Shown piece after piece: positions 1 to 13,604 of a stretch of DNA of 64,000 bases. The stretch covers positions 333,004 to 397,003 of the forward strand of contig PS015022.1 in NCBI GenBank assembly GCA_048213135.1. Reading direction: 5' to 3'. The notes under the pieces were generated by a model, which had not been told where the DNA came from, did not search any database, and was given only the letters and a program-made list of their open reading frames with translations. How positions within the stretch are numbered: position 1 is the stretch's first letter; every line of letters starts with the position of its first letter. This DNA comes from Reclinomonas americana ATCC 50394. Taxonomy: Eukaryota. The position numbers were made by a program, and so were the translations under genes.

Positions 1-425
1 AAGACGATGGCGAAGAGATGGGGGAAGAGATGGGGGAAGAGCATGGGGGGAGGCATGGAAGGAGACCAACGCAGACTGCACACTCGGTAAGCACGCAACT
101 CGGTTCGGAGAATTGGGATCAATAGCCGACTCAAAGTCAATATTAAACCCATCGGTGAACTCTGCCACCAACGCATAAGCGACAGACAACAACTCATCCA
201 CGCCCAAACACACACACACACACACACAAACCGCGCTCCGCCTGCGACACCCACTGCTCGACCTGCTCCGCTCGCGCAGTCGCATTGGCCAGATGCGCTT
301 CCGGCATCGAACCACTATACACAATGCGTACATTGTGCGCATGAGCCTGAACGAGAAAAGAACACCAAAAAAAGAGTGAGCAAAAGAGCAAAACCAGTCC
401 GCACATGCATGAAACACTCACTGCA

Positions 426-456
<31 letters not shown>

Positions 457-849
457 TCACTCACTCACTCACTCTCTCACTCTATCACTCACTCACTCAC
501 TCACTCACACTCACTCTCCCTCTCTCTCACTCACGCACACTCCCTTCCCTTCCTCCCTCTCTCTCCCTTCTCTCTCCCCCATCTCTCACTCAACATAGCA
601 CAGCTCCGCAGGATCCAACTGCACAAAGAGCGCCACTGTAGTCAACTGACGCCAGTCGTAGTGCTGCCAGTTGTTGTTGGAGACCTGAAAGGCGTACTTT
701 TCACGACGCGGAGGCAACTGCAGTGGGCGACACAGTGACGAGTCACTGCAAGGACACGCAGAGGGCTCACTGAGAGAAGAAGAGGCGTGTGCAACACACG
801 AGGCCGACACGACGAGAAGCACGAGAAGCAGCAGCAAGAAGTGCGTCAT
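1..849 (-). CDS. CTBS: Di-N-acetylchitobiase (GH18), multi-exon, 3' end runs off the window
   Basis: Signal peptide MTHFLLLLLVLLVV, then CPCSDSSLCRP..WQHYDWRQLTTVALF..PAELCY|AHAHNVRIV, and a later exon with the GH18-type DGFNIDFE motif. Confidence 0.88.
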
Positions 850-920
850 TGCAACAACAACGAAGTGACTGCAGAGATGTCCTGTGTCACCTTCTTCTTT
901 CGACGTCGTTGTTGTCTCCC

Positions 921-2018
921 ATGTCCGCGGTTCACCTCCGATGTCTGCACGGGCACTGCGGTGAGGTGGTGACAGTGGCCGTTACTCCCGATTGCCGACA
1001 TGTTGTGAGTGGTGGTGGTCACGACGGCATGGTGTTTGTGTGGTCACTGGCGAGTGGCGAGCTGGTGCACCAACTGGAGGGGCACGATGGTGTTGTGTCT
1101 GTTGTTGTTGTTGTCGCTCCCGATGGGCAGCTCGTTGTGAGTGGCAGCTGGGACTGCACGCTGTGTGTGTGGTCACTGGCGAGTGGCGAGCTGGTGCGAC
1201 GGTTGGAGGGGCATGAGAGTGCGGTGTCGGTTGTCGCTATTACTCCCGATGGACAGCATGTGGTGAGTGGCAGCTGGGATAACAGTGTTCGAGTGTGGTC
1301 GCTGGCGAGTGGCGCGCAAGTGCGACGGATGAGTGGGCGCGCCTCTGAGTTGCAGTCGCTTGTCGTCACTCCCGACGGGCAACACGTGATCACGAGTCAC
1401 CGCAACGACAAGGTGCGCGTTTGGTCGCTAGCGAGTGGGGAGATGGTGCGAAAGATTGACTATACGGACGAGTGCATCCTCTCCATGGCAATCACTCCCG
1501 ACGGCCGGCACATTGTGCTCGGGAGCGCAGACATGTTGCAGCGCGTGTGCTACCTGACGGCTGGACACATGCACCGTGACGACTGGGTGCGTAGTCCACG
1601 CACTACGCACAAACACGCTAGTCACTGCGTTGCCGTCACTCCGGACGGTCAGCATTGTGTCAGCGATGGTTTCGACAAGACCGTGCGTTTGAGCTCTCTC
1701 GCCACTGGCGAGGAGGTACGACGGTTCGCTGGCGCTGGTATAGTGCACTCTGTTGCTGTCAGCTCAGATGGCCAACACATTGTGTGCGGGAGTCACGACA
1801 CGCTCGTACGGGTGTGGTCCACATTGTGCAGTCTGGCGTGCTGGGAGCTCCAGTCTGCAACGCTGGCAATGCACGCGGTCCGCGAGATGCAATCGCCACT
1901 GCACGAGGAGGACAGTCACGAGGTGCGATGTCTGGCGGAGATTGTGATGCGGTGCTTCATGGTGGAGGAGGCGCAGGTTGTGGTGCACAAGTGCCAATAC
2001 TCGGCGCAGTTTGTGTGA
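921..2018 (+). CDS. Intronless WD40-repeat protein with a short non-WD C-terminal domain
   Basis: Repeated LEGH..V..VAITPDGQHVVSGSWD..VRVWSLASG units. ATG at 921 (MSAVHLRCLHGH), TGA ending 2018. Confidence 0.9.
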   Translation: MSAVHLRCLHGHCGEVVTVAVTPDCRHVVSGGGHDGMVFVWSLASGELVHQLEGHDGVVSVVVVVAPDGQLVVSGSWDCTLCVWSLASGELVRRLEGHESAVSVVAITPDGQHVVSGSWDNSVRVWSLASGAQVRRMSGRASELQSLVVTPDGQHVITSHRNDKVRVWSLASGEMVRKIDYTDECILSMAITPDGRHIVLGSADMLQRVCYLTAGHMHRDDWVRSPRTTHKHASHCVAVTPDGQHCVSDGFDKTVRLSSLATGEEVRRFAGAGIVHSVAVSSDGQHIVCGSHDTLVRVWSTLCSLACWELQSATLAMHAVREMQSPLHEEDSHEVRCLAEIVMRCFMVEEAQVVVHKCQYSAQFV

Positions 2019-2032
2019 AGGGGGGCGTAATT

Positions 2033-2073
<41 letters not shown>

Positions 2074-2511
2074 TGCGTCGTACGGACCGAACGGACGGAG
2101 TAGGTACGGTACGACGACGACGACGTACGGTAACGACGACGACAACGTACGCGTACGACGACGTACGACCGAACGGACGACGACGACGGGAGTAGGNNNN
2201 NNNNNNNNNNNNNNNNNNNNNNNNNNNNNNNNNNNNNNNNNNNNNNNNNNNNNNNNNNNNNNNNNNNNNNNNNNNNNNNNNNNNNNNNNNNNNNNNNNNN
2301 NNNNNNNNNNNNNNNNNNNNNNNNNNNNNNNNNNNNNNNNNNNNNNNNNNNNNNNNNNNGGTACGGGTTACGGTACGGGTTACGGTACGGGTACGGGTAC
2401 GGGTACGGGTACGGGTACGGGTACGGTACGGTACGGTACGGTACGTACGTACGTACGACGTACGTACGTACGTACGGTACGGTACGGTAGGTAGGTAGGT
2501 AGGTAGGTAGG

Positions 2512-2552
<41 letters not shown>

Positions 2553-2873
2553 AGGATTAGGCACAACGATTTGCGATGTTTTTTATTTCCCCCCACGAAG
2601 CCGCATCAGTGTACCTGCGGTGTATGGTTTCTCTACTTCACGAGCAAGAGATGAGAGATGAGCTGATTCGAGTCTGAAAGACACCGATCGCAACGCTGGT
2701 GTCTCACGCCATTGCATAACTTCTGATTTCTTGTCACATGCGTGAGCAACAGCAACATTCGTGATGACCAAGCCCAGCCAATATCATACCATCAACACAA
2801 ACACACCCATCATCTTTGCAGCATCAGTATTTTCTTGGTTTGTACATTCACGACCTTCTCCTTCTGCATCTCA

Positions 2874-3338
2874 TCATCCCCGCCCCTTAAACTTGTACCC
2901 CACTGCATCGCAGTGACAGCACAAGCCGGCGAACCATCGCACGGTGGCGACCGGGAAAGCAATCGGGCAGCACAGCACCTGGCAGGTGCCAATCACCTGA
3001 ATGTCGAGCCCGTGGCACCCCTTCACTCGATCGATCGTCACGATCGATGGCTCCGGCACGCCGATGCAACAGCAACAGCGTGGATCCGAAGCCGACATGC
3101 AGCACTGACAGCAGAGGCCGGTGAGGCCGCAACAACATGAGTACGCGCGGGCGCACTTGTTGCCGGCGTCGCAGTCTTGTCCGCACGAGCAGATGAGACG
3201 CTCACAGTCGACTGCCACTGTGTGGTTGTCGTAACAGCAGGTTACTTTGGCAGCCGCCTGATCAGAGGCGTTGTGCCTCGTGTCTTTGCCCGCACGACCG
3301 GCGGTGCCACAGCAGCACCAAATGTCACGCAGCTCCAT
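2874..3338 (-). CDS. Small cysteine-rich protein with C-terminal hydrophobic segment, copy 1
   Basis: MELRDIWCCCG...QVLCCPIAFPVATVRWFAGLCCHCDAVGY. Aligns over its full length, in frame, with 19157-19609. Confidence 0.75.
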   Translation of the reverse strand: MELRDIWCCCGTAGRAGKDTRHNASDQAAAKVTCCYDNHTVAVDCERLICSCGQDCDAGNKCARAYSCCCGLTGLCCQCCMSASDPRCCCCIGVPEPSIVTIDRVKGCHGLDIQVIGTCQVLCCPIAFPVATVRWFAGLCCHCDAVGYKFKGRG

Positions 3339-3343
3339 GAAAT

Positions 3344-3374
<31 letters not shown>

Positions 3375-4149
3375 GAGGGGGAGGGGGGAGAGAGCAGCTC
3401 GTCACCTTGGCTCACAGAGGAGTGCTTGTTGCGTTGTGAATGTTGTCGTGATTGTCGGATTTTATGCGTGCGTGCGCGGGACAACACGGTGACAGCGAGC
3501 TTCTCGAGCTCATGCAACGTGGCACGACTCCATCGCTGTCCACTGCATCAGTACATCCTCTGTGTACCATCATGATGCAGTCGAACAAGTGAGGAAACTG
3601 TGATGCAGAAGTACTTGTCTATTTCGCGATATCGATGTGACCGAACACGTGCATGAGAGGGAGGGGAGAGAAAGGGAGAGAGAGAGAGAGAGAGAGAGGA
3701 AGAAACAGCTGAACACGCGACTGCGACTTCAAGTGCCCAGATGTTACAGAAGGCGTTTGCCTCTTCGCGGTGAATTCGAATGTGGTAGCAGTTCTCTCTC
3801 TCCCACCCACTCCCATGGCCACTCACTCACTTGCTGTCGAAACAAGGGTTATCTTCACCGAGCACACAACTGAGTACGTTCAGCCAGCAAGCGTCGAAGG
3901 GAACAAAGAAACTCCTCATCCGATGATTGTTCCAGCTCAGGCGCGGTGGGATCGTGCTGTACATGTGGTGTGGCAGAGTTGACGATGCGAGTTGCTCGAA
4001 GTGACACTTCGGGCCACGGCTCCGTCGAATCGTCGCCGCTGTCTCTTGCCACACGTGCAAACACCATCCACGTCTCAGTGGCCCGTCGGAAAGGCAGAAT
4101 GGTGAATGCTGCGATATCTCCGCGCCGACGAACGTCAGTAATTGACCAG

Positions 4150-4440
4150 GCAACACCGAGAGCTCGTAGGAAGCGCGCAAACCGGGCCGTCTTGTGGCAC
4201 ATGGACGAGTCTGTTGGCTGTTGCACACTGACTGTTGAGATGCTGGCGAGTAATCAAGCAGGATCCGAAACTCTCATGAGCTCACCTCCCTCTCGAGCAT
4301 GTACAGCATGTGGATCTTTGTAAAGGCCTTCACCTCTGTGCTTCGTTGTACGTGATAGCAGCCGTCCGAGTCGTCAACAAGGACGAACAGGCCACCACGT
4401 GGAAACGGCCTCTGTTGCAATTGATGACTGGGATTATCGT
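4150..4440 (-). pseudogene. Possible decayed Ulp1/C48-like cysteine protease fragment
   Basis: Minus-strand motifs in the expected order (IIPVIN..FHVVAC, LYKDP, VQQPTDSSMC), broken by a frameshift and an in-frame TGA. Confidence 0.3.
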
Positions 4441-4889
4441 TCGATCTCGCCACATGCTTTCGCAGACTTCCTTCGCATCAGATGCTCACCCTGAGGAACA
4501 CACACACCACTTCCCAGGGCTCCGGATCCGGAAGGTCACACAACAAATGCGCCAGCTCCTCTTGATGATCGTCCACGATGCATCGCGAAACAATCCACGC
4601 GCCATCGTTCTTCGAAACAGCTAACCGTTGTCGGTCTATGGTGCGTTTGACCTCGGTGGACACTGCCTTGCGCCACACATCAGTGGACTGGTCGAGAGAC
4701 CTGGAGAGTGTGTGTGTGAGTGCCGAACACACACTCCATTTTCTCTCCCTTCGCGAGGACAAGAACACTCACAGGCCAAGAAGCGGGAGAGCAGAGTTTA
4801 CGTCGGCAGAGGCCATGAGAGGTGGCACTGGCAGTGCGCAACACCGCAGCGCTCAAGAAACCGTCGTAGGGTACTGTAAACAAAGTCCA

Positions 4890-5038
4890 GAAATGCAATG
4901 CTTCCTCTGCAGTGAGGAGGGGGAAAGTGAGGGCGACGTACGGTGCCTGGTGAACATTGTGATGCACTACTTCACGGCGGAGGAAGCGGAAGTTGCAGAG
5001 CACAAGTGAAATGTTCTCGCTTCGCAGTTTGTGTGATC
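4890..5038 (+). pseudogene. Remnant paralogous to the C-terminus of the WD40 gene
   Basis: EMQCFLCSEEGESEGDVRCLVNIVMHYFTAEEAEVAEHK* versus EMQSPLHEEDSHEVRCLAEIVMRCFMVEEAQVVVHKCQ. Both end in cgcagtttgtgtga. No WD repeats upstream. Confidence 0.7.
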
Positions 5039-5207
5039 ATGAAGCATGAACTTGAGCGCAGTGATCGTGAGTGAGGACGATCGATGGTCAGCGAATGATT
5101 ATGCAGCTTCGTTGTTGCTACTGGTCGTGGGCACGAAGCATTAACTTCTAAACATTCAGTCTCCTTCACTCTCTCCTCTCCTCTCCACCTCCTCTCCTCT
5201 CCAGCCA

Positions 5208-8200
5208 TCATCTCCTCGTCGACGTCCGCGACTCCTGCTGCTCTTCTGAGCTGAGGAGAGGCTCTCCAAGCGACCCCGGTCTGACAGGGAAAGAGGAGAA
5301 CATGAATGAGCTCACACGGCGAGGCCGCCCAGCGGCAACGGCGGCGCCTGCAGTTTGCTCGTCTTCTGACTCTTGACGCTGCTGTGCAGGTGTCGGCAAC
5401 GGATCGCCGAGTTCACCACCTTGCGTGATCGAGAAGGTGGCAGAAGGAGAACGCGGGTTGTCGAACATTGAACTTGAACGCGGGGACGACGGCCACACTG
5501 TGGAATCGACGCCAGTGCCTCGTCGAGAGCGCATAGAGTGCATCTCCACTGCGCCGTTGGAGTCATCACCGCTGACCCTCTCGTCGTCCTCTCGATTCCC
5601 GACTCGAGAGTCTGCGGTAATGCATAATGATTGGTGGGACGGTCAACGCCAGCAGCAAAGGCGATGCGTCACGAACCTGCGTCTGTGTCGGATCCAGAGC
5701 TGTCGGCGTCGTCGATTGCGTACCGTCGACGTCGGCACCTCCGAATACACCGACGACGGAAACACACGAAAAAGGCACGAATGAATCGCACGGCGATCGG
5801 GCTGGCCAGCACGACGGCCGTCAGAACGAGAACCGCGATGGACATGTTAGATTTGAAGGAGTCGTCCACACGCGATGCAAATATCGTGGCAATGACCACG
5901 AGACCGCCGAGACCGATGGCCTATATGCAACGAGAATGTGAGACACTTCGTTTTGCTCACACGTCCGTGAGAGGAGCTGACACTCACAAACCTCTAGAGT
6001 GTTGTTGTCAATGAATTTGACGTAGAGGCGATTCTGAAAATCGTACTTGTGTTGCTTCCTCTCATACGGTCGCACAAAGATGTGAATGGCCAAAAAGGCC
6101 ACGCAAATGGCCCACAGTGCCATGGGCAGTGCATCGAGGTAGCCACGGGCGGCCAGCGGATACAGGGTTCCCAGCAAGATGAAACGACGACTGAGCTGGT
6201 ACGCTGTGAACACGACAAGGCTGCGCAGTTAGCATGTGCACAAGAGGGGGTGCGGAGACATGTGACCAACCTTGAAACCAGACAACGGACGGCCGATACT
6301 GCTCGTACAGCGAGCCGAAGATACGCATCGGCTGCACCGACGCTGATGATTAGATGGCCGGACACATAAAAACAAATTCTGCGCCACGAACATGCTACCT
6401 TTTCATCATTCAGGCGGCGCTGTCTTCGCAGTCGCAGCGTCAACCAGACAATAAGCACTGGCACGGCAAGCGTGACGATCAAAACAATGCTGAACAGCGG
6501 CAGCAGATGCCACCATCTGAATGCAAACTCCATTTCGTGAGCGTGTGCGTACGAATCATCGCAGCGATGCACAGCAGCGACAGCTGTGAAACGCAACTCT
6601 CCTGCGTAGCACACGATACTGGGAGAGAAGAGCACAACTTGACTCTGACCCACTTGCGAGCACGTGAAGAACAAGATGGCCGTGTCCGCCTGGCCCTCGT
6701 ACGCCGCCAGCAACGTGATGACCATGGTCAGCGTGTACCCATACGGTGATGACGACCTGACAAACCACTGCACGAATCGCCGCCACAAGTATCGCCATAA
6801 TCCACGACGATGCGAGCGAGTCTCGCAAGCGCACAACCGTCGAAGCGGGAATGCCAGCAGTCGGTGCGCGCCAAACGTGGCCCACAGCAGCGCCACATAA
6901 ACAAAAGGCAAGATGGTACGCGACGCAAGGTCGCCGGCAGCATTGAGGTTGATTGGGCACCCTGTCTGGAAGAGCTGTGGCACCCAAAATGTGAGCAGAC
7001 GCTCAAACGATAGCAGTTCCACGTTGGGGTAGAACAGAAGAGTGGCAGTCTGAAGCGTGAAGATGATCATTTCGGCAGACTCTGGCAGTAGAGAGAGTCA
7101 AATGCATAAGTGTCGCGCAAGGCAAAAACGCACACATACTGTAGTTGTTACCTCCAGCACCGCCCACTTGGAAGAAGGCATGGACAGCCATGACGTAGAG
7201 CCACATTCGAGACAGAATCCACAATCGGGCAACATTTGACGTGCCGTTGCGGCACGGAATACACTCTCCCTGCCAGTGCGAGAAACCCTCCTGTTGGATG
7301 CAATGTGGTAAGTCAGGGACGTGGGAGAACTGAAGTGTCGGCATATACGTCAGCGTACCAGACAGGCACCACAAAGTGGTGACGTAGGGTCCCGATTCGA
7401 GTTGCTCTTGCAGTAGTCCGTGCCAGCAGCAAACCTTGTAGAGTACGTCGTGTTGCTGACAGCTTGCTGACAGTAGTCGTAGGGGCAAATGTACGTGGTG
7501 ACATTGCCATCAGCCGGCGGCTTGATACTCGTCCCGGTCCATCCACGAGAGAGCACTGGTTCAACGGCCCACTGCGGCGACACGGGAAAAGTCCAATAAT
7601 TGGACTGGATGAAAATACTGTTGCCGCCCAGACAGTTCACATGCGATGGACACTGACGGCACTCTTGCCCAAACGCCGGCAGGGAGTACTTGTCTTCCGA
7701 GCACTCCTGACAGCCGAGCTTGTCCTTGTAGAACAGGCCAGCTGGACAAGCAGTGACATCGAGTTGCACGCTTGGCGTCGATCCAACAAACGACCCACCA
7801 AAGCTCATGCTCACGGAGATGTTGAGCAGCGATGTTGAATTCGAACGCGCAGCGGCAGCAATAGACAATGATGACATCGAGGAGCCCCGCTCAACCACGT
7901 ACAGTGGAAAGCTGGCAGTGCCATTCACCGTGGCTCGCCTGAGTTGCTGTAAATTCATCCAACAAAAAAGTATGAGGTCAAAAGGAAAAAGTAACAGGAG
8001 AGCGGTGGTCACTTCGCGCACCTGCTGAATGCAACCGAGACACTCAACGACGAACACTGTCTGGTCCAGCGTTGACATGAATTGGTCAAACACGTCGGTC
8101 GCATTCACCACAATGTCACGTGTTTGTTCCGCCGTCGGATACGTCGTAGCGGGGACTGGAGACCAGCTGGGACCGCCAGTCACCGAAAACAGGGCTGCCG

Positions 8201-11200
8201 CGTGTTCTGAGTACGCTGCACCGTGTTGACGACTGCACAACAAGATCAAGATGCAAAACGCAACTGCTGCCCACGTTGCCTGAGGCCGAATTGGTGGCCT
8301 GATTGCCGACCGTGGTAATGTTGCGTGCTCCCGCAAACAGTGCCCAGCCGCCCGCGTTCTGAATGGCATCTCGCAGCGGCAGCAACAATGCAGGATCGCC
8401 CTTGCCGTCCCAGAAAATGCCGCCTCCGCTGCCCTCACCAAGGATGTTGACGTCACCGTTGGCACTCGCCTTGTTCTGCAGGAATTTGACGTTCAGCAAG
8501 ACCACGGCTGCGGAGTAATCGGCAGGCGGGGGCGAATTTGCAATGCTGACAACCAGGCCACCACCGCGAGACGAGCTGGTATTATTCACAAAGGTGGACT
8601 GCACGAACATGACCAACGCGGAGCTGACTGTGGATGCGCCACCACCGTCTCCGCCAACTGCCGTGTTACTGGACAAGATGCACGACGTACACGTAAATGT
8701 GCTGTTGTCCAACATGGATAAACCACCGCCATCGGATGTCGACGCCACGTTTCCCACGATCGAAGAAAAACTGACGGTCACCACGCTCTGATCTGCGCAC
8801 AGCAACGCACCACCACCTAGTGCTTCGTTCGCGAGCAGTTTGGCCTGCGTCATCGACAAATGGGAACTCGATTGCACAGACACAGCACCACCATTTCCAG
8901 CCTTCACAGCGTTTGCCTGAATCACGCTGCCGTTCAAAGTGGCATTGCTACGATCCGAGATCAGGGCACCACCACCGGCGAGCACTGCCGTGCCACTCGA
9001 AAGCGTGCTGTCAGTGTCATTCCACACTCCGAGACCTCGCACAGTCACATGCCCGCCCGAGGTCGCAGCTTGGTTGTGAGAAAACAGCGTGTCACGAGTC
9101 GTCAACTGGCCATGCTTGTCCACGTACACTCCGCCGCCGGCAAGAGTCGCAGTGTTCGACAACACAAAGCTGTTGATCAAGGTGACCGAGGCAAGGTCAT
9201 CAATGTACACACCACCACCATGAGCGTCCACAGCGTAGTTGTTGATCAGCTGCACGCTGGTGAGACTATGTAGGCTCTCCGAACCAGCAAAAATACCGCT
9301 GCCAAACGACGCCGTGTTGCTGTACACATCCACAGAGGTCCACACGACATTTGCATCGCCATCGCTGTAAAAGCCACCCCCGAAATAGCCGGCAGAGTTG
9401 CTCGTCAGCTGCGACTGTTGCGACAATGTACACGTGGCGCCTTCGGTGGCGTACACGCCACCACCATGCCGAGTGGCGTTGTTGTTTTGGATGACCGACT
9501 GGACGACATTGAGAGTGGCAACATCGGCTCGCACGGCGACCGCACCGCCATAGTACGCAGTGTTGTTGGCCAGCAATACTGACAGCAGTGTCACAGAGGG
9601 GGAGACGGCCACAAGCGCAATCCCTCCACCAAAGCCGTTGCTGAGGTCAGTGTCACCAGCGGAGTTGCCAGTAATGTTGGTGTTCCGAAGCAACACCGTG
9701 GCTCCGATGATGCCGACACCGGCGCCCGCAAACGCAGCTTGATTATTCCGCAGCACACTCTCCGTCACGTTCGATCGAAATCCAACGAGTACTCCACCTC
9801 CACTGGCAAATGATCCGGTCACAGAATTCGCAGAAAAAGTGCAGTTACTGGCCACACTTTGCGCATCTAGGAGAAGACCGCCACCTCCTGATGCTTGACT
9901 GGAGGAGGTGCTTTGTGTTGTGAAAACGGCAGTGTTATCGGTGAAGATAGAACCGAACAGCTGGACCCTCTGAAAGGCCAACACAGCGCCTCCACCACAC
10001 GCGTCGCCAGAAGAGTACAAATTGGATCGGCTGGAGCCAGCAGCTCCAGGATTCACCACACGGTTCCAGCTGAATGCACATCGATCAATGACCAGATTCC
10101 GCGCGAGCACGGCACCACCACCGTTATGACGACTCCCATTGCCGTCCACATCGTTATCGTTACCACCGATGCCGTCTTCCATGGAGATGTTATTCGTAAA
10201 CGTGCAGTTGGAAACAGCAAAAACACCACCCTGTGCGCAAGAATGAGACATGAAAAAACAGTATCCATGGGCACCGCGCGCGTGCACGCAACATTTTTCT
10301 TGGGACCAAAGAGAAGCAGTGCACCACCGCCGTTGACTCCCTGCGTAGACCCGACATTGGTGTTGTTGCCACCAATGCCGTTGTACAAGGAGCGATTGCC
10401 GTCCAGTAAGCACTTGTCTATGCTCTACGTGTCGACTGGCACGGTGAGACAGCGCCAGCAGCTGCATGTGAGGCGAGCGACAACGCCCTACTCACCAGCG
10501 ACACGGTGGATTCAGGTGAGGTGTTCAACAGAATGGCTCCACCGCCGCAGTTAAGGGCCGCACTGGATCCGGACACACCATTGTTGTTGCCGCCATTGCC
10601 TGCGGAGACGGTAGTGAGGTGCTGCGCACGCGCAGTTGAGCTGTTGGCACTACTTGTCGGACTCACAGTTGTGCACAGCAGCATTCGAGCGAAATGAAGT
10701 ACCAATGATCTGTTCGTCAGCGCGTGAGAAACCAACTCTGGAGTCTGGAAAATTACACCTACGCACAGAGACAGAGGACGTCCAGGTCGAATTCGTAGTG
10801 AGAATTGCGCCACCTCCACTTGCCAGTGCTTTGGTATCGCCAGAGCCAATGTTGCTTGACCCGCCGTTGCCGTTGAGTGCAGCCATGTTTCCATCAAATG
10901 TGCAGTTTGCAAACACAGTCTGCACACGTGCATGGCCACAATCAGCGAACGAAAGAGAGAGTGTGTGTGTGAGAGAGAGAGAGAGAGCACGAATCTCTGC
11001 AGGGTGATGATCAATACCACGCAACAGAGTTCGCCAACGGATACAACAGTATTGCTCCTCCGCCGTTGTACCCGCCGCCCAGATTGCTGCCTTCCGCTCC
11101 CCCAGTACCTCCATTTGCGTTGTTTTCCGCGATATTGGCGGAAAACGTCGAGTTGACAAGAAGAATCTGTTCGCGTGCCGCGGCCTTTTGAGAAAGAGGG

Positions 11201-13549
11201 AAATCAAGAGCGCGGCGGCTAAAACTCACAGATTGCAGGGAACCAGTGAGCCAGACTGCTCCTCCTCCGGCCTGTCCACCGAAACACGCGGAAGATAGAG
11301 TGGTATTTGTCGCTGCGCGCACACGTCTGAGCCACACGCGACGCGGTACGCTGACCACGATGCAGAAGAATGCGCACCTCCGTTGCTATTTCCACGTGCA
11401 GCGTTCGCAAAGAACGAACTGTCGACGATGGTGACACTCGACGGCTGTCCCTGTGGAAACTGCGACCACAGAGCTCCACCACCGCCGAAACCACTCCACA
11501 CATCGCCAGCGGTTGTGTTTGTTCCTACCATACTTACAGAAGTGAGAATCCGGGTGTACACAACAGGCAGAACTACCTCCGCCCGGTACCTGCGCTGCCG
11601 TTACCGAGCGCCGAGTTTGACCTGAACGTCGAGTTGAGTATGTTGAACGAAACCTAATTCCGCACAGCCACCAATATTATACGACTGGTCGCGAAGTCTG
11701 GGTACAAGTGGAGTCGCACGCAACTGGAACATCGAGATACATGAACATGGCGCCACCACCGTTGTATCCGCCATACACAGAGGTGTCGCCGGCAGTATTG
11801 CTGCCGCCCGATCCATTGGCGATGGCAGAGTTGTTGAGGAAGACACACGAATCGACCAAGAACGGCACTGCCGGCGTCTGCTCCCCAGATGGATGAGCTC
11901 ACACGAAAGCACGCTGACAAAAACGGACGAGCCGCAACTGGAGCTGGTTCGGTTGCGAACCACACCACATGCAATGCACCGCCACCATTTTGGCTAGCGG
12001 AGACCGAGGCGTCGCTGCCTGGGCCACCGAGGCCTGCAGAGTAGGAATGCGTCAAGAATTAGATCTTCTTCCACATGGGACAAAAGTACTGACCGGAGCT
12101 TCCATTGCCAATGGCACTGTTGGACGTAAACACTGCCCGATGGAGGCTGAGCGAGCTCTGGGCAAGAAGGGGATACTGTAAAACACATGACGAGGAAAGA
12201 AACACGATCGCGGCAAGAATTGACCTGACTTGTTGCGAGTCGGAGGAGAATAGCGCCACCACCAGTTCTGTCCGAGGACACAGAATATCGTGTGGAGCTA
12301 CCAGTAGGACACTTTGCTGCTGTGTGGGTGAGTAAAGCAGCCGACATTGACACACGTTTACAGACGATACGGACCTGAACTGCCATTGTCGAGTGCCTGG
12401 TTGCGCTGAAAGCTTGTGTCGTTAACGACCACCGTTCCAGCCCCACCCTGTCCATGATTGGTGAGACATCGTGGCGCATTACTTCGCCAGTGCGATTTAC
12501 CAACCGAACCCAATTGCAGCAACAGCGCGCCGCCTCCACAACCGAGACTTTTCGCGGAGGATTTACCCGTCGAGCAGGTCCCTGCGAGAAAAAAGTGCGT
12601 GGCTTTATCTTTAGCAAACAATCATTCACATTCCAATGCGCGAGATCGATGTACGAACCGCCTTGCCCGTTGCTGTCGGCTCTGTTTGCAACAAACAGTG
12701 ACTGATTTGTAATGGTGAGCGACTGTAGACGCACTCCAACAAGTCAGTCGCGACGTGAGTCGAACCAGCAGTGCAGATACTCAATTACCGAATATCCGTA
12801 TGCGCGAACGAGTAGAGCTCCACCACCACTGAAATACGAATAGCCGTTTCCGTCACCATTGTTTCCGCGCCCTGTGTGCATGTTGAGTCTCCACGTGTGC
12901 AAACAAACAACATGTAGTGCGTGCTGCGTGCATACACACACACCACCGACACCGTTGAGCACAGCCGCATTGCCGACAAAGGTACTGCTGCTGACTGTCA
13001 CCTGCAATGTACGCTGACGATAAGCAAACATGTTTAACACAGCGCAGAACTCACACACGAAGCGATTACGAACAGCTACGTCGTTTGACAAGATAAGAGC
13101 AGCACCGCCGCCGTTGTAGTCTCCAAAGGACTCGTGGGTGCCGTGAGTGTCGGTCACGTTTACATTTTTGTTGAATGAGCCTGCGATCGATAATTGTCAC
13201 ACGATGCACCACTTGTAGAATTCACGGACAAAGTGGCTCTCACCTCCACAGCCACATGCGCGACTCGTATTGTTGAGGAACTGACTGTTGACAAATGAGG
13301 TGGATACCATCTAACACGTGCGCACATAGACACACGCAAGTCGTGAGCAACACGGAGTGAGTAAGCCACGCACTCAGTCCATGATTCACGAACCGACAGG
13401 CTTGCGTACGCAAGCACAGCTCCTCCACCGTTGCCGCCACCATTTGATGTAGTGAAGAAGTAAAAATGGCTTGAAGACTCTGAAGAAGAATTGTCGAATC
13501 TGTAGGTATTGTAACTCCCTGCATGAGCATCGAGGTGAGCTGACTGAGT

Positions 13550-13604
<55 letters not shown>

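Noticed and set aside
2070-2515. GTAC/GTACG/GACGAC repeats flanking gaps (also near 14237, 26840-27140, 33375-33479, 34212-34295, 47545-47617, 48265-48380, 52145-52530, 63020-63108)
   Set aside because: They occur only at contig ends next to microsatellites and resemble pyrosequencing flow-order noise, so they are not treated as telomeric or satellite repeats.
2660-2710. Hammerhead-like arrangement (CTGA..GAAA plus a gacacc/ggtgtc hairpin) and B-box-like gattcgag
   Set aside because: The core is not CUGAnGA, stem I cannot pair, and no tRNA cloverleaf can be folded.
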